Shown here piece after piece: positions 30,127 to 38,861 of a DNA stretch of 64,000 nucleotides (position 1 is its first letter; the number at the start of each line of letters is the position of its first letter). The position numbers and the translations under genes are program-made. The notes beneath the pieces were generated by a model, which was not told where the DNA came from, did no database searches, and was given only the letters and a program-made list of their open reading frames with translations. The DNA comes from a virus, in IMG/VR virus record IMGVR_UViG_3300043639_000076, positions 3,463-67,462 of that record; one strand, given 5' to 3'.

Positions 30127-30911
30127 TGGGCAACACCGTTCTGGGCCTGAAGAACCTGATCAAGAGCGGCTCGCTCGTCGCCGGCTCGTCGGTGCCGACG
30201 ATGCCGATCACCAATCTCCAGACCGATTCGGGCGCGCCCTCGATGGCGTGGCAGACCGTGTCTGGGGTGCTGACCCCCGCCGCCGGCGCGACTTTTCGGG
30301 TCACCGACGCGCGGCAGATGTGGCGGCTGTTCGGATTGTTCCGGACCAACCTGTCGCAGACCGCCTCGATCACTTTCAGCTTGTTCATCAACCCGTCGAA
30401 CCTGATCTGGAGCGGCACGGTGACGGGGCCGCAACCGGGCTACGCCCAGGTCGTCGCCGTGGCACCACAGGACATCTACGCTGATTATTGCGTGGTCGAT
30501 ATCACCGACACGGCGAACACCGATAATTTCATCAACGTACCGTTGGCCTACGCGGGACCGGCGTGGATCCCCAGGCTTGGCTTTACCTGGAATTCCACTT
30601 ACGGCCGAGACAGCACCGTCGATGAAATGGTCAGTCGTGGTGGGCAGGAATATCCCACCTACAGGTTTCAGCAACGCCGATGGGAAGCCGCCTTCGACGC
30701 GATCTCGGACAGTGAACTGTGGACCGAGGCGCAGAACCTCGACCGAACATCACGCTATGGCGGCAACATCCTGTTCGTTCCGGATCTGGGATCGATCACC
30801 GCGTCGAACGAAGCGGTGTTCGGCCGTGTGACGGTGACGGCGGATGTGTCTTACATCGCCGGCTTTCATGATCGGCACGCCTGGAAATTCAGGATCAAGG
30901 AGCGCCTCTGA
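30126..30911 (+). CDS. Tail tip (distal-tail-like) protein
   Basis: TGATG coupling; C-terminal SRGGQEY..RRW...ILFVPD...WKFRIKERL pattern. Confidence 0.55.
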   Translation: MGNTVLGLKNLIKSGSLVAGSSVPTMPITNLQTDSGAPSMAWQTVSGVLTPAAGATFRVTDARQMWRLFGLFRTNLSQTASITFSLFINPSNLIWSGTVTGPQPGYAQVVAVAPQDIYADYCVVDITDTANTDNFINVPLAYAGPAWIPRLGFTWNSTYGRDSTVDEMVSRGGQEYPTYRFQQRRWEAAFDAISDSELWTEAQNLDRTSRYGGNILFVPDLGSITASNEAVFGRVTVTADVSYIAGFHDRHAWKFRIKERL

Positions 30912-32885
30912 ATGCTCGGCAACCTCATCCTCGAAACATGCAACGCGCCGGGGACGGCGGCGGACTGCAATCTGTTGGGCGCGACCTCCGGCCGTCTGCC
31001 GTTCAGCTTCTGGTTCACATCGGGCACGCAATGTTTTTACTGCATGTCGGACGGCTCGCAGATGGAATGGGGCATCGGCACTTTCACCGCCGGATCGCCC
31101 AACAAACTCAACCGCACCATCGTGCTGAAGAATTCCGCCAACTCCACCGCGCGCCTGAATTTCCTTGGCACCACCAACGTCTACAATGAAACGCCGGCGG
31201 AACGGGAACTCTGGGTCGATAACAACGGCAACGTCAGTGTTCCCGGCTCGATGGTGGCCGGGGGTTTCAACGCGTACAAGGCTGGCGGCGCGGTGATGAC
31301 GCTGACCGATCCATCCGCCGCGGTGAACGCCAAATACTGGGACTTCCTGTCTCAGGCGGGAAACTTCGTCGGTCGCGCGGTCAACGATGTTTACAACGCG
31401 GCGACCAACTGGCTGACCGTCACGCGCTCGGGCACGACGGTGACCGGCATCACCCTGGCGGCGACCAACCTCGCGCTGAACGGTGCCACCGTCGTCAACG
31501 GCTCACTGAATATCACCGGCGCTTTTACCTTCGCGCAGAGCGTCAACACCGCCAATGGGATCACCGCCGGATATCTCCAAAGTACGGGAGATATGAACGT
31601 CGCTCGCAATTTCGCGGCTGGCAACAACGTCTGGTGCGTTTCCCTTAACACCGGGACACTGAATGTTTCGGGTAACGCCGGCATCGTCGGAAATCTTGGT
31701 GCCGCCTACCTCAACAGTTCCGGCAGCGTTGATGGCGGCTATCTCTACAGTCGCGGTGACGGGTCGGCGGCTGGCACTTTCACCGCCGCCAACCTCACCG
31801 CCAACAACGCTCTGAACGTCGGTGGTACCGCCAACATCAGCGGCATCCTCACCACCGGCACGCGCATCAGGATCGGCGTCGGCGACAACGGCTTCCAGGC
31901 CAATACACATAACTATTACGTAACGATCAATGGCAGCATCGAGTTCGCCTACGCCGCCAACTTCATCGTCAGCGGCGGCGGGCGCGGGGCCTACGGCTTT
32001 GAATGGTACTGGGGCACCGGGCGGATCGCCGAGATGGATACCGGTGGCAGTCTCTCGCTGCGTGGCAACATCACCACCGGCAACACGGGATACTTTGGCG
32101 CGCTGCAATCCAGCACCGGATTGTTCCAGGTCGGGCCGGGATATTATCTGCAACGCGGCGGTGATGGGCACTGGCGCTTTGTCGAGGCCAACACTGAAAA
32201 CTTTCGGGTCGGCACCGATGGGAATATCTATCCGCGCTCCGGCCTGATCACCCAGAACCTTCTCCTCTATGGCGACTCGGACTGCCGCGGGCGGGCCTAC
32301 GCCGCTGATCAGAACATGTGGATGGGCTACGGCGGCAATGGCCGCGTCATGCAGTTCAATCCTGGAGCCTACTGGGAATGGGGCGGCGACTGGGCGCTGC
32401 AATACTATCGGGCCGACAGGGGTCCGCACTTCATCATGCGGAACGACGGCTGGGTCGAGAACCGCCTGGGCGGCGGCGGGGGACAGGATCTCTGGTACAG
32501 AATCAGCGACATCCGGACCAAGGAAAACGTCGTCAGGGCAACCGCCGGTCTGGCCGAGATCCTCCAGTTGAAACCGATCCGCTACACGCGGATCAAACGC
32601 GCGATCGGCGACGAGACGAACGAGCATCGAATCCCCCAGGTCGGCTTCAGCGCCCAGCAGATCCGCCCCTTCATTCCGGAAGCGGTGCGGGCTTTCCCGG
32701 ACTCGGACAAACCGGATGATCCGGAACCGCTCCTGGCGGTGGCTGATGGGCCGATCGTGGCGGCGCTGGTGAACGCCTTCCGCGAACTGCACGACCTGCT
32801 AAACGAGACACGCGAACAACTCGGTGTCGCCACCCGGCGCATCATTCAACTGGAGAGCCGCGCCGCGGCTTCGCCGGCAACCTGA
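30912..32885 (+). CDS. Second tail fibre with S74-like chaperone domain
   Basis: N-terminal anchor (EWGIGTF...LNRT.VL.NS); Gly/Asn beta-repeats; ISDIRTKENV...LKPIRY...GFSAQQI..IPEAV. Confidence 0.85.
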   Translation: MLGNLILETCNAPGTAADCNLLGATSGRLPFSFWFTSGTQCFYCMSDGSQMEWGIGTFTAGSPNKLNRTIVLKNSANSTARLNFLGTTNVYNETPAERELWVDNNGNVSVPGSMVAGGFNAYKAGGAVMTLTDPSAAVNAKYWDFLSQAGNFVGRAVNDVYNAATNWLTVTRSGTTVTGITLAATNLALNGATVVNGSLNITGAFTFAQSVNTANGITAGYLQSTGDMNVARNFAAGNNVWCVSLNTGTLNVSGNAGIVGNLGAAYLNSSGSVDGGYLYSRGDGSAAGTFTAANLTANNALNVGGTANISGILTTGTRIRIGVGDNGFQANTHNYYVTINGSIEFAYAANFIVSGGGRGAYGFEWYWGTGRIAEMDTGGSLSLRGNITTGNTGYFGALQSSTGLFQVGPGYYLQRGGDGHWRFVEANTENFRVGTDGNIYPRSGLITQNLLLYGDSDCRGRAYAADQNMWMGYGGNGRVMQFNPGAYWEWGGDWALQYYRADRGPHFIMRNDGWVENRLGGGGGQDLWYRISDIRTKENVVRATAGLAEILQLKPIRYTRIKRAIGDETNEHRIPQVGFSAQQIRPFIPEAVRAFPDSDKPDDPEPLLAVADGPIVAALVNAFRELHDLLNETREQLGVATRRIIQLESRAAASPAT

Positions 32886-32896
32886 AGGAGAAGACC

Positions 32897-33121
32897 ATGG
32901 AACTCACCGACAAAGTAGCGATCACCCTGGAAGCCGGCATGTGGAACGGGGTGCTGGACGCGCTGCACAGCGCACCCTACCGCCAGGCCGCGCCGGTCAT
33001 CGCCGAGATCATGCGACAGGTGCAGGATGTCGAGATGAAACGCCAGATGGCGTCACGCGATGCCCCGGTCGAGGGTCAGGTGATCCCGCCGACAGCGAAC
33101 GGAGCCGCGCACGCGCCATGA
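32897..33121 (+). CDS. Small hypothetical protein after tail fibre
   Basis: Strong RBS GAAGGAG; W..VL.AL..APY..AAPVIAEI..Q pattern. Confidence 0.65.
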   Translation: MELTDKVAITLEAGMWNGVLDALHSAPYRQAAPVIAEIMRQVQDVEMKRQMASRDAPVEGQVIPPTANGAAHAP

Positions 33122-33939
33122 TCAAGAACAACCCCGTCATCGACATCAGTCACTGGAATGAAGTGACCGACTGGAACGCCATCAAGGCCTCCGGCGTGAT
33201 CGGTGTGATCCATAAGTTTTCCCAGGGCACCGGCTATCGGGATCCGATGTTCGACGCCGCGCGCGAGGGCTGTAAGAAGGCGGGGTTGTTGTTTGGTCGT
33301 TATCATTTCGCCGAGGGATCGGATGTCATGGCCCAGGTGCGTAACTTCCTGGCCGACTTCGCGGACGGTGAACTCCTGGCGCTCGACTGGGAAGACAATA
33401 CCAGCAACTCCACCGGAACGATGTCGCTGTCCCAGGCCGTGACGTTCGTGGAAGAGGTTCACGGGCTGACCGGGCAGATACCGGTCCTCTACTCGGGTCA
33501 TGTGGTCAAGGAAGCGCTGGGGGCACCCAACGCGACCTTGTCCAAATGCCGGCTCTGGCTGGCGCAGTATGCCAGCCAACCGGAATGCCCACCCGGCTGG
33601 GACAAGCCCTGGCTGTGGCAATGGACCGATGAGGGTCATGTGCCGGGGGTCGCCGGCAACGTCGATATGGACGCCTTCGAAGGATCCGAGGCGACGCTTG
33701 AGGCGGAATGGTGCGGCGAGCGTCCGCTCCTGGTATCGGAACGGCCGGCGCGGCCGGCGCTGCCAGCGCGGCCGGAGCGGCACCCGCGTCCTCCCACGCG
33801 CATGGAGGAGGCTTACGACTTCATCTCGCTGGTCGTGCCGGGATCGGTCAAGGAAGGCATGCTGACCATACGGGTGCCGGCGGGCGCGGGGCTGATGATC
33901 CACACGACGGGCAACCCCCGCGACATTGTCGTAACGTAA
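33118..33939 (+). CDS. Endolysin, glycoside hydrolase family 25 muramidase
   Basis: VIDISHWN, GRYHF, LALDWED (DxE), LWLAQY, WLWQWTD.G.VPGV.GNVDMD; start at ATGA overlap 33118. Confidence 0.92.
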   Translation: MIKNNPVIDISHWNEVTDWNAIKASGVIGVIHKFSQGTGYRDPMFDAAREGCKKAGLLFGRYHFAEGSDVMAQVRNFLADFADGELLALDWEDNTSNSTGTMSLSQAVTFVEEVHGLTGQIPVLYSGHVVKEALGAPNATLSKCRLWLAQYASQPECPPGWDKPWLWQWTDEGHVPGVAGNVDMDAFEGSEATLEAEWCGERPLLVSERPARPALPARPERHPRPPTRMEEAYDFISLVVPGSVKEGMLTIRVPAGAGLMIHTTGNPRDIVVT

Positions 33940-33953
33940 CAAGGAGAACTCAA

Positions 33954-34565
33954 ATGGATCAGGCCAAAGGCGTCATCGACCGCGCCTTGGCCTTCATCGG
34001 CGACAAACCGTGGAAAGCCGCTTTCGTTGTTATAGCGTTTCTTATATGCGGCAGCGCCTGGGTTTTATATGAGAAGCGTGATGAAATCATCGAGGCATGG
34101 TTGACGCCATCGGCACCGGAACTGCGGAACGATCTGGTGCCCGAGGCGCTCGACAAGCTGATCACTGAAACGAGCGCCGACATCGTGCAAATCTGGGCCG
34201 TCGATCTCGCTTCCAACTCGCAATGGTTTCTCGCCGCGCGTCGCGCGGATGGCGAGCGTCCGGTGATCCCGCCGCCACGCAGACTGCCGATCATCGTTCA
34301 CACCAGCGACGTGCGGGCGCTGATAGATGTGATGGAAGGGCACCCGACCTGCGTCGATCTGGAAAAGACCGGATCACCGTTGGCGCGTCGGCTGGCCGAC
34401 CGGGGCATGCATCGTGGCTGCGCCGTTCCCATTCCCCCGAATCCGGAAAGCTTCGTCGGCGTGATCTACCTGGCCTGGACGAAAGATACCGTGCCAGACG
34501 AATCGCAGCAGAAGGTAGCGGTCGGCGCGGCACGCGAGGTCGCCAAGAAACTCGCCACGCACTGA
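33954..34565 (+). CDS. Single-TM membrane protein with soluble C-terminal domain; holin candidate (T4 T-like topology)
   Basis: RBS AAGGAG; one hydrophobic helix (AAFVVIAFLICGSAWVLY); GAF-like tail CAVPIPP..FVGVIYL; adjacent to endolysin. Confidence 0.5.
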   Translation: MDQAKGVIDRALAFIGDKPWKAAFVVIAFLICGSAWVLYEKRDEIIEAWLTPSAPELRNDLVPEALDKLITETSADIVQIWAVDLASNSQWFLAARRADGERPVIPPPRRLPIIVHTSDVRALIDVMEGHPTCVDLEKTGSPLARRLADRGMHRGCAVPIPPNPESFVGVIYLAWTKDTVPDESQQKVAVGAAREVAKKLATH

Positions 34566-34574
34566 GGAGGCACC

Positions 34575-34940
34575 ATGATCATCGCGAGCGATCCCCATGA
34601 AGCGCTTGGTTGCGTGGTCGATAACGGCCACTGCATGCGCCACGTTCAGGAGTGCCATGGCGTGCCGCACTCATCGGCGCTGCGGCGCGGAGCCAGGGTG
34701 GGTCCGGACACGCCGCCGGGAGCCATCATCGCCACCTTCAACGCCGCCGGCCGCTACGCCAACAGGACGGACGGCTCATCGCACATCGCCGTGTTCCTGG
34801 CCTGGAACGAGGATGGGTCGATCGACGTGGTCGATCAGTGGCGGGGTCAGCCGGTGCATGAGCGAACGATCCGCGACAAGGCCGGCGCGGGCACGGCGAA
34901 TAACGACGCGTCGCGGTACTTCGTCGTTGAAACGGCCTGA
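34575..34940 (+). CDS. BPSL0067/Tae2-like NlpC/P60-fold peptidoglycan amidase
   Basis: RBS GAGGAGG; G.C..HV, PGAIIATF..GRY.N....SHIAVFL, V.DQW motifs (Cys/His dyad). Confidence 0.75.
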   Translation: MIIASDPHEALGCVVDNGHCMRHVQECHGVPHSSALRRGARVGPDTPPGAIIATFNAAGRYANRTDGSSHIAVFLAWNEDGSIDVVDQWRGQPVHERTIRDKAGAGTANNDASRYFVVETA

Positions 34941-34952
34941 GAGGGGATCGCC

Positions 34953-35111
34953 ATGCCACGCAACGTTCTCGTATTCATTGTCCTGATCGTGCTGCTGATC
35001 GCGGTGCTGCCGTCCTGGCCGTATAGCGCGTCCTGGGGCTACGCCCCGACCGGCGTCCTCTCGACGGTGCTAATTATCGTGCTGATTCTGGTCCTGCTTG
35101 GCATGCTCTAG
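34953..35111 (+). CDS. DUF3309-family small membrane protein (52 aa, not in ORF track)
   Basis: Translated by hand: MPRNVLVFIVLIVLLIAVLPSWPYSASWGYAPTGVLSTVLIIVLILVLLGML; LPxWPYSxxWGYxP motif; RBS GAGGGG. Confidence 0.8.
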   Translation: MPRNVLVFIVLIVLLIAVLPSWPYSASWGYAPTGVLSTVLIIVLILVLLGML

Positions 35112-35152
35112 CGCGGTCGCCCCCGCGACCGCACACACCCGTTCCACCTCTA

Positions 35153-35180
35153 CCCCGGAGCCTTGGCTCCGGGGTTTTTT
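35153..35180 (+). terminator. Rho-independent terminator ending the late operon
   Basis: CCCCGGAGCC-TT-GGCTCCGGGG followed by T6; at convergence with leftward genes. Confidence 0.85.
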
Positions 35181-35233
35181 ATTGTCCGCTTCATCGACGG
35201 GACCGAGGCACTCGCAACTCGTGAGGTGCAGCA

Positions 35234-35452
35234 TCAGGCCTTATCTCCATCGGGCTTCCAGAATTCCATCTGGCTTTCGAGTTGTTCGCGTATGTCGGCC
35301 AGCGTCTCCTTGGCCGAACGGATGCGGGCCTTCATGTCGTACATCTCCAGGATGATGCGGTGGAACGCTTCAGTGGTCCGCTCGCGCTCAGTGGGATCGG
35401 CGATGCGCGCGAGCGCGACCTGAACCATTCCCATGTCGTCCCTGATGGTCAT
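35234..35452 (-). CDS. Hypothetical protein
   Basis: Last gene of a stop/start-coupled leftward cluster. Confidence 0.55.
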   Translation of the reverse strand: MTIRDDMGMVQVALARIADPTERERTTEAFHRIILEMYDMKARIRSAKETLADIREQLESQMEFWKPDGDKA

Positions 35453-35841
35453 GCGCGCTCTCCCGGTGGCCATGGTTCAAGCCGATCGACCCAACCAAAT
35501 GTCTCGCCCTCCGGACGCGGCCCGCCGCCATCCCAGGCCAGGGCGTAAAGCAAGGCGAGGTTCCCCTCCGGGTTGGTCACGATGGCGGCGCGGATGTCGC
35601 GCAGTTCCTCCCGCCAGCCTTCCGACCATCGGTCGAGAGCGTCGATCTGGCAGTCCAGCGCGACCTTCAGATACTGGTGCGCGAGCCGATCGCCGTTGGG
35701 CGTCTCCCAGTCCAACGGCTCACCGTTGACCTCTTCGTACAGCGCGAACACCTCGTTGGCGAACAGGCGGGTTCGGTCTTTGTTGGGGTCTGGGAACACC
35801 TCGACCGATTGGTTTTTGACCCAGACGAACGAGCGCATCAT
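35449..35841 (-). CDS. Hypothetical protein
   Basis: 4-nt overlaps with both neighbours. Confidence 0.6.
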   Translation of the reverse strand: MMRSFVWVKNQSVEVFPDPNKDRTRLFANEVFALYEEVNGEPLDWETPNGDRLAHQYLKVALDCQIDALDRWSEGWREELRDIRAAIVTNPEGNLALLYALAWDGGGPRPEGETFGWVDRLEPWPPGERA

Positions 35842-36113
35842 GGCACCAGGCTCTCGCCGGGGCCTTCAATGCGCCAGCCGTTATTGCCGTGGATGACGAC
35901 ATTGTGCGGGATCTCGCGGTTCTGTCGGTCGCGCAGACTACCTTTGATCCAACAGCGTTCCTCGACGTGCCATTCCCAGCATACGCGGATGTCGGGCAGG
36001 ACCGGCGGGCCACCGTAGCCAGGGGCATGATCGACCTCCCGGCGGGTGATCCACCAGAAGCCGCGCACGGTGGGGTCCGGTGGCTCGATCCACCCGGTTG
36101 GCCTGTCGGTCAT
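35838..36113 (-). CDS. Hypothetical Trp-rich protein
   Basis: 4-nt overlaps with both neighbours. Confidence 0.6.
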   Translation of the reverse strand: MTDRPTGWIEPPDPTVRGFWWITRREVDHAPGYGGPPVLPDIRVCWEWHVEERCWIKGSLRDRQNREIPHNVVIHGNNGWRIEGPGESLVP

Positions 36114-36346
36114 GGTTGCTCTCCCCTCACGAAGTCAGGCCCCGGCGCGTATTCCAGGGTCAGGCTGTCATGGTCGTCGCCGCGCAAAACCCTGACGGTG
36201 CCGTCTTCGAACATCACCACGGTATGCGCGGAGATCGCCGGGTTATCCGTGGCGTCGATGATGGTGCGCCACGCGGGACCGTCCGCGCGTAGCCGCACGA
36301 TGCCGCCGCGGGCGATGTAGCGATTGATCTGATCGGCGCGGCTCAT
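36110..36346 (-). CDS. Hypothetical protein
   Basis: ATGA-coupled start at 36346 with RBS GAGGA. Confidence 0.6.
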   Translation of the reverse strand: MSRADQINRYIARGGIVRLRADGPAWRTIIDATDNPAISAHTVVMFEDGTVRVLRGDDHDSLTLEYAPGPDFVRGEQP

Positions 36347-36552
36347 CGCTTGTCCTCTATGTGTGCCTTCAGCAACGAGTAGCTGTGAACCCACTTGTGG
36401 AGCGCCAGCCAGGTATCCGGCTCCATGGCGACGCGGTGATCGCCCTCTGGACGTGGCGCGCGCAACCAGACGCGGAAGCCGTCGAAGGATGCGTACAGAC
36501 CATCGCCGAGGTAGGTTTCCGCGTCGCGCTCGGGCAGTCGTTCGTCGGTCAT
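36343..36552 (-). CDS. Phage hypothetical protein (YLGDGLYA type)
   Basis: ETYLGDGLYASFDG..VWL motif; RBS GGAGGA; coupling. Confidence 0.7.
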   Translation of the reverse strand: MTDERLPERDAETYLGDGLYASFDGFRVWLRAPRPEGDHRVAMEPDTWLALHKWVHSYSLLKAHIEDKR

Positions 36553-36749
36553 GACTGGTTTTCCTCCGGTATGAATGAGACGGTGTCGGTATCGCTGCTA
36601 TCGAAGCACCGTTGAAAGGCGCGCCACTCGACTTCGCGGAACACCAGTTCGCCGTTCATCGCGAAGCCGCCACCCTCGATGGCGGCGGCGAACACACGCG
36701 CGTGGACGTGGTTGCCCTGGCGTTTCCAACGCACGCGGAAGTGGCTCAC
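36549..36749 (-). CDS. Hypothetical protein
   Basis: GTGA-coupled start (VSHFRVRWKRQGNHVHARVF...). Confidence 0.6.
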   Translation of the reverse strand: MSHFRVRWKRQGNHVHARVFAAAIEGGGFAMNGELVFREVEWRAFQRCFDSSDTDTVSFIPEENQS

Positions 36750-36895
36750 GTCGCCACCGTCAGCATCCAGATGATGACGGAGCCGGCGGTCAACGCGACC
36801 AGCATCGTGTCGGGCAGCGCGGCCAGGAAGGCCTCCAGGCGCACGACGCGCCGGCGTTGGTGGTGACGGTGCCAGGCGAGAGGATGGTTCAGCAT
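36746..36895 (-). CDS. Small membrane protein (49 aa, not in ORF track), first gene of leftward operon
   Basis: MLNHPLAWHRHQRRRVVRLEAFLAALPDTMLVALTAGSVIIWMLTVAT; preceded by AGGGAAACCC element. Confidence 0.55.
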   Translation of the reverse strand: MLNHPLAWHRHHQRRRVVRLEAFLAALPDTMLVALTAGSVIIWMLTVAT

Positions 36896-36919
36896 CGGGT
36901 TTCCCTTTCATATGCCGGC

Positions 36920-37009
36920 GGCTCTTCGCATCGATCTGGACTGGTCGTCAAGTGGGATATTTCCCCTCTGCTGTTGACCCGTTGAAATAATCGTGTAGGG
37001 ATATCGCCC
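36920..37009. promoter_or_regulatory. Divergent promoter/operator region
   Basis: Two related imperfect palindromes GGGATATTTCCC (36954-36965) and GGGATATCGCCC (36998-37009); TTGAC boxes on both strands. Confidence 0.6.
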
Positions 37010-37216
37010 ATGTATGAGATCATGGAAAAAGAGTTGTTGCGAGCCATTGAGTCTTATCTCCGAGAAACCGGAGAGGCGAGTACGGCGTTTGGCAAGCGCG
37101 TGGCCGGCGATTCCCATTTGGTCCTGGATCTCCGTAATGGTCGGAGCGTCGGGATGAAGATGCGGCGCAGGATCGAGGCGGCGCTGATCACCACGCAAAG
37201 GAAAAGGGCATCATGA
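37010..37216 (+). CDS. Cro-like HTH regulator
   Basis: LL..IE.YL..TG...TAFG..VAGD..LV.DLR.GRS pattern of alphaproteobacterial phage Cro-like proteins; first gene of rightward operon. Confidence 0.75.
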   Translation: MYEIMEKELLRAIESYLRETGEASTAFGKRVAGDSHLVLDLRNGRSVGMKMRRRIEAALITTQRKRAS

Positions 37217-38412
37217 GCGAAGTAAAGACAAGGCAACCGCGCGCCAAAAAGGCGGCGGCGTCGGCCGCGCCGGCCGCGCCGGCCGTGACGCTGGACATCA
37301 AGGTCACCAATCGCGCGTTTGGTGAAACCTTGACCCGCGCCAGGGATCTGATCGCGCGGGCCACCGTGTTGCCAATTTTGAAATGCGTGGCGCTGACCGT
37401 GGGCGGCGGCTCCATGACGGTCGAGTCCAGCAACCTGGAACAGGCGTTGCGCCAGACCACGCCGATCGCCGGCATGGGATCGGGTGGCGGCTGCGTGGAC
37501 GCGGAGCGCCTGTCGGCCGTGATCGCGCGTCTGCCGCCCGATGAGGAGACGACGCTGGAATTCTCGCCGGCGGCGCTGCTGATCCGCTGTGGCGCGGTGA
37601 AGGTCACGCTGACCTCGTGGCCGCTCTCCGACTTCCCGGTGTTCGCGGTGCGTGACGAGAGGCGCACCGCTTTCGCCATGAGCGCGGCGACATTGGTGAC
37701 GGCGCTGCGGCGGGTGTCCTGGGCCATGTCGGAGGAACAGACGCGGTTCTATCTCTGTGGTGTCTCCCTGAACGTGGCCGGCGAGGGCGAGGCGGCGCGG
37801 CTGCGCGCGTGCGCGACCAATGGCAACGACATGGCGTTGGCGCGCATGCCCTTGCCGGAGGGCGCTGACGGCATGCCGGCCATCATCGTTCCGTCCCCGG
37901 CGGTCGAGGAACTGGAGAAGGTGCTGAAGAACGCCGACATCGTGGACCTGACGATCAGTGAGGCGGCGCTGGTCGCCGAGATCGGCGGCACGGTGTTCCT
38001 GACCAAACTGATCGCGGCCTCGTTCCCGAATTATGACCGCATCATCCCGGAGCCGGCGGGTCGCAAATTCTCCGTCGCCGGAGCCGAACTGGTTCGCGTC
38101 ACCCGGTTGGCGTCGCTGTTTTCGAAAAGCGAGAAGGTGAAGCCGTGGGCACGGCTGAATCTGTCGGCCGAACGCGCGGTGGTTTTCGCCGGCGAAGGCA
38201 ACGACCGGGTGGTCAGCGAACTGGCCGCGGAGACATTCTCCTTTGAAGGTGAGAAGCTGGACATCGTCGCCACCGCGTTCGCGCTGCTTGAGACGGCGAG
38301 CCGGGTGCGGGACAGGATCGCCCTGCACATGACGGCGGAAGACGCGCCCATCCTTATCCTGGATGAGAGCGATCCAGAGGTGCTTTGCATGACCAGTCCG
38401 GTGAGGGGTTGA
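37213..38412 (+). CDS. dnaN: DNA polymerase III beta sliding clamp homolog
   Basis: RATVLPILKCV, DFP, AMS.EQTRFYLCGV, ATNG..MA, KLIAASFPNYDRIIP; ~370-aa three-domain size. Confidence 0.88.
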   Translation: MSEVKTRQPRAKKAAASAAPAAPAVTLDIKVTNRAFGETLTRARDLIARATVLPILKCVALTVGGGSMTVESSNLEQALRQTTPIAGMGSGGGCVDAERLSAVIARLPPDEETTLEFSPAALLIRCGAVKVTLTSWPLSDFPVFAVRDERRTAFAMSAATLVTALRRVSWAMSEEQTRFYLCGVSLNVAGEGEAARLRACATNGNDMALARMPLPEGADGMPAIIVPSPAVEELEKVLKNADIVDLTISEAALVAEIGGTVFLTKLIAASFPNYDRIIPEPAGRKFSVAGAELVRVTRLASLFSKSEKVKPWARLNLSAERAVVFAGEGNDRVVSELAAETFSFEGEKLDIVATAFALLETASRVRDRIALHMTAEDAPILILDESDPEVLCMTSPVRG

Positions 38413-38418
38413 TGAAGA

Positions 38419-38646
38419 ATGAAGAAGCCCAGGAGCGGCGCGACGATATCGGAGATCCGGCGGTTGATCAGGATGATAGAGGAGCAGGGACCGGACACCA
38501 ACGAGCCAAGGGACTTTCCAAGGCCGTACGAGAAAGCGATCCTGATCGAGGCGTTGGATCTGCTGGCAGATATGATCGAGCGGGAACGTGGCGTCCGCAT
38601 AAAGGCCGCGGATCAGGGAGTTACCGTCCGCTCATTCCCCAGGTGA
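38419..38646 (+). CDS. Hypothetical protein
   Basis: In-operon ORF coupled to next gene. Confidence 0.55.
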   Translation: MKKPRSGATISEIRRLIRMIEEQGPDTNEPRDFPRPYEKAILIEALDLLADMIERERGVRIKAADQGVTVRSFPR

Positions 38647-38861
38647 TGGTCCGAGTCTGCCGCCAGATGGCGGTGGATTTGCGCGCGGAGCATGCCATGG
38701 GCGAGCCAGGGATTACTCTGACCGGCGAGACGTTCGGCGTCATCACCCGCGAGGAAGCGGCGATCCGGATGGACGCCCAGGCGGATCGCTGGGAACTTGA
38801 GATCAGGACCGGCGAGTTGAACCTGTATGATCGTAAGCTGATGGGGGCGGCTCCGCGATGA
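38646..38861 (+). CDS. Hypothetical protein
   Basis: TGATG and ATGA coupling. Confidence 0.5.
   Translation: MVRVCRQMAVDLRAEHAMGEPGITLTGETFGVITREEAAIRMDAQADRWELEIRTGELNLYDRKLMGAAPR

Noticed and set aside
17186-32885. Diversity-generating retroelement or shufflon acting on the fibres
   Set aside because: No reverse transcriptase or invertase was seen, and no near-identical TR/VR nucleotide pair; the repeats are only diverged protein-level modules
1-35180. Gene transfer agent cluster
   Set aside because: It is linked to complete replication, recombination and regulatory modules and is far larger than a GTA structural cluster
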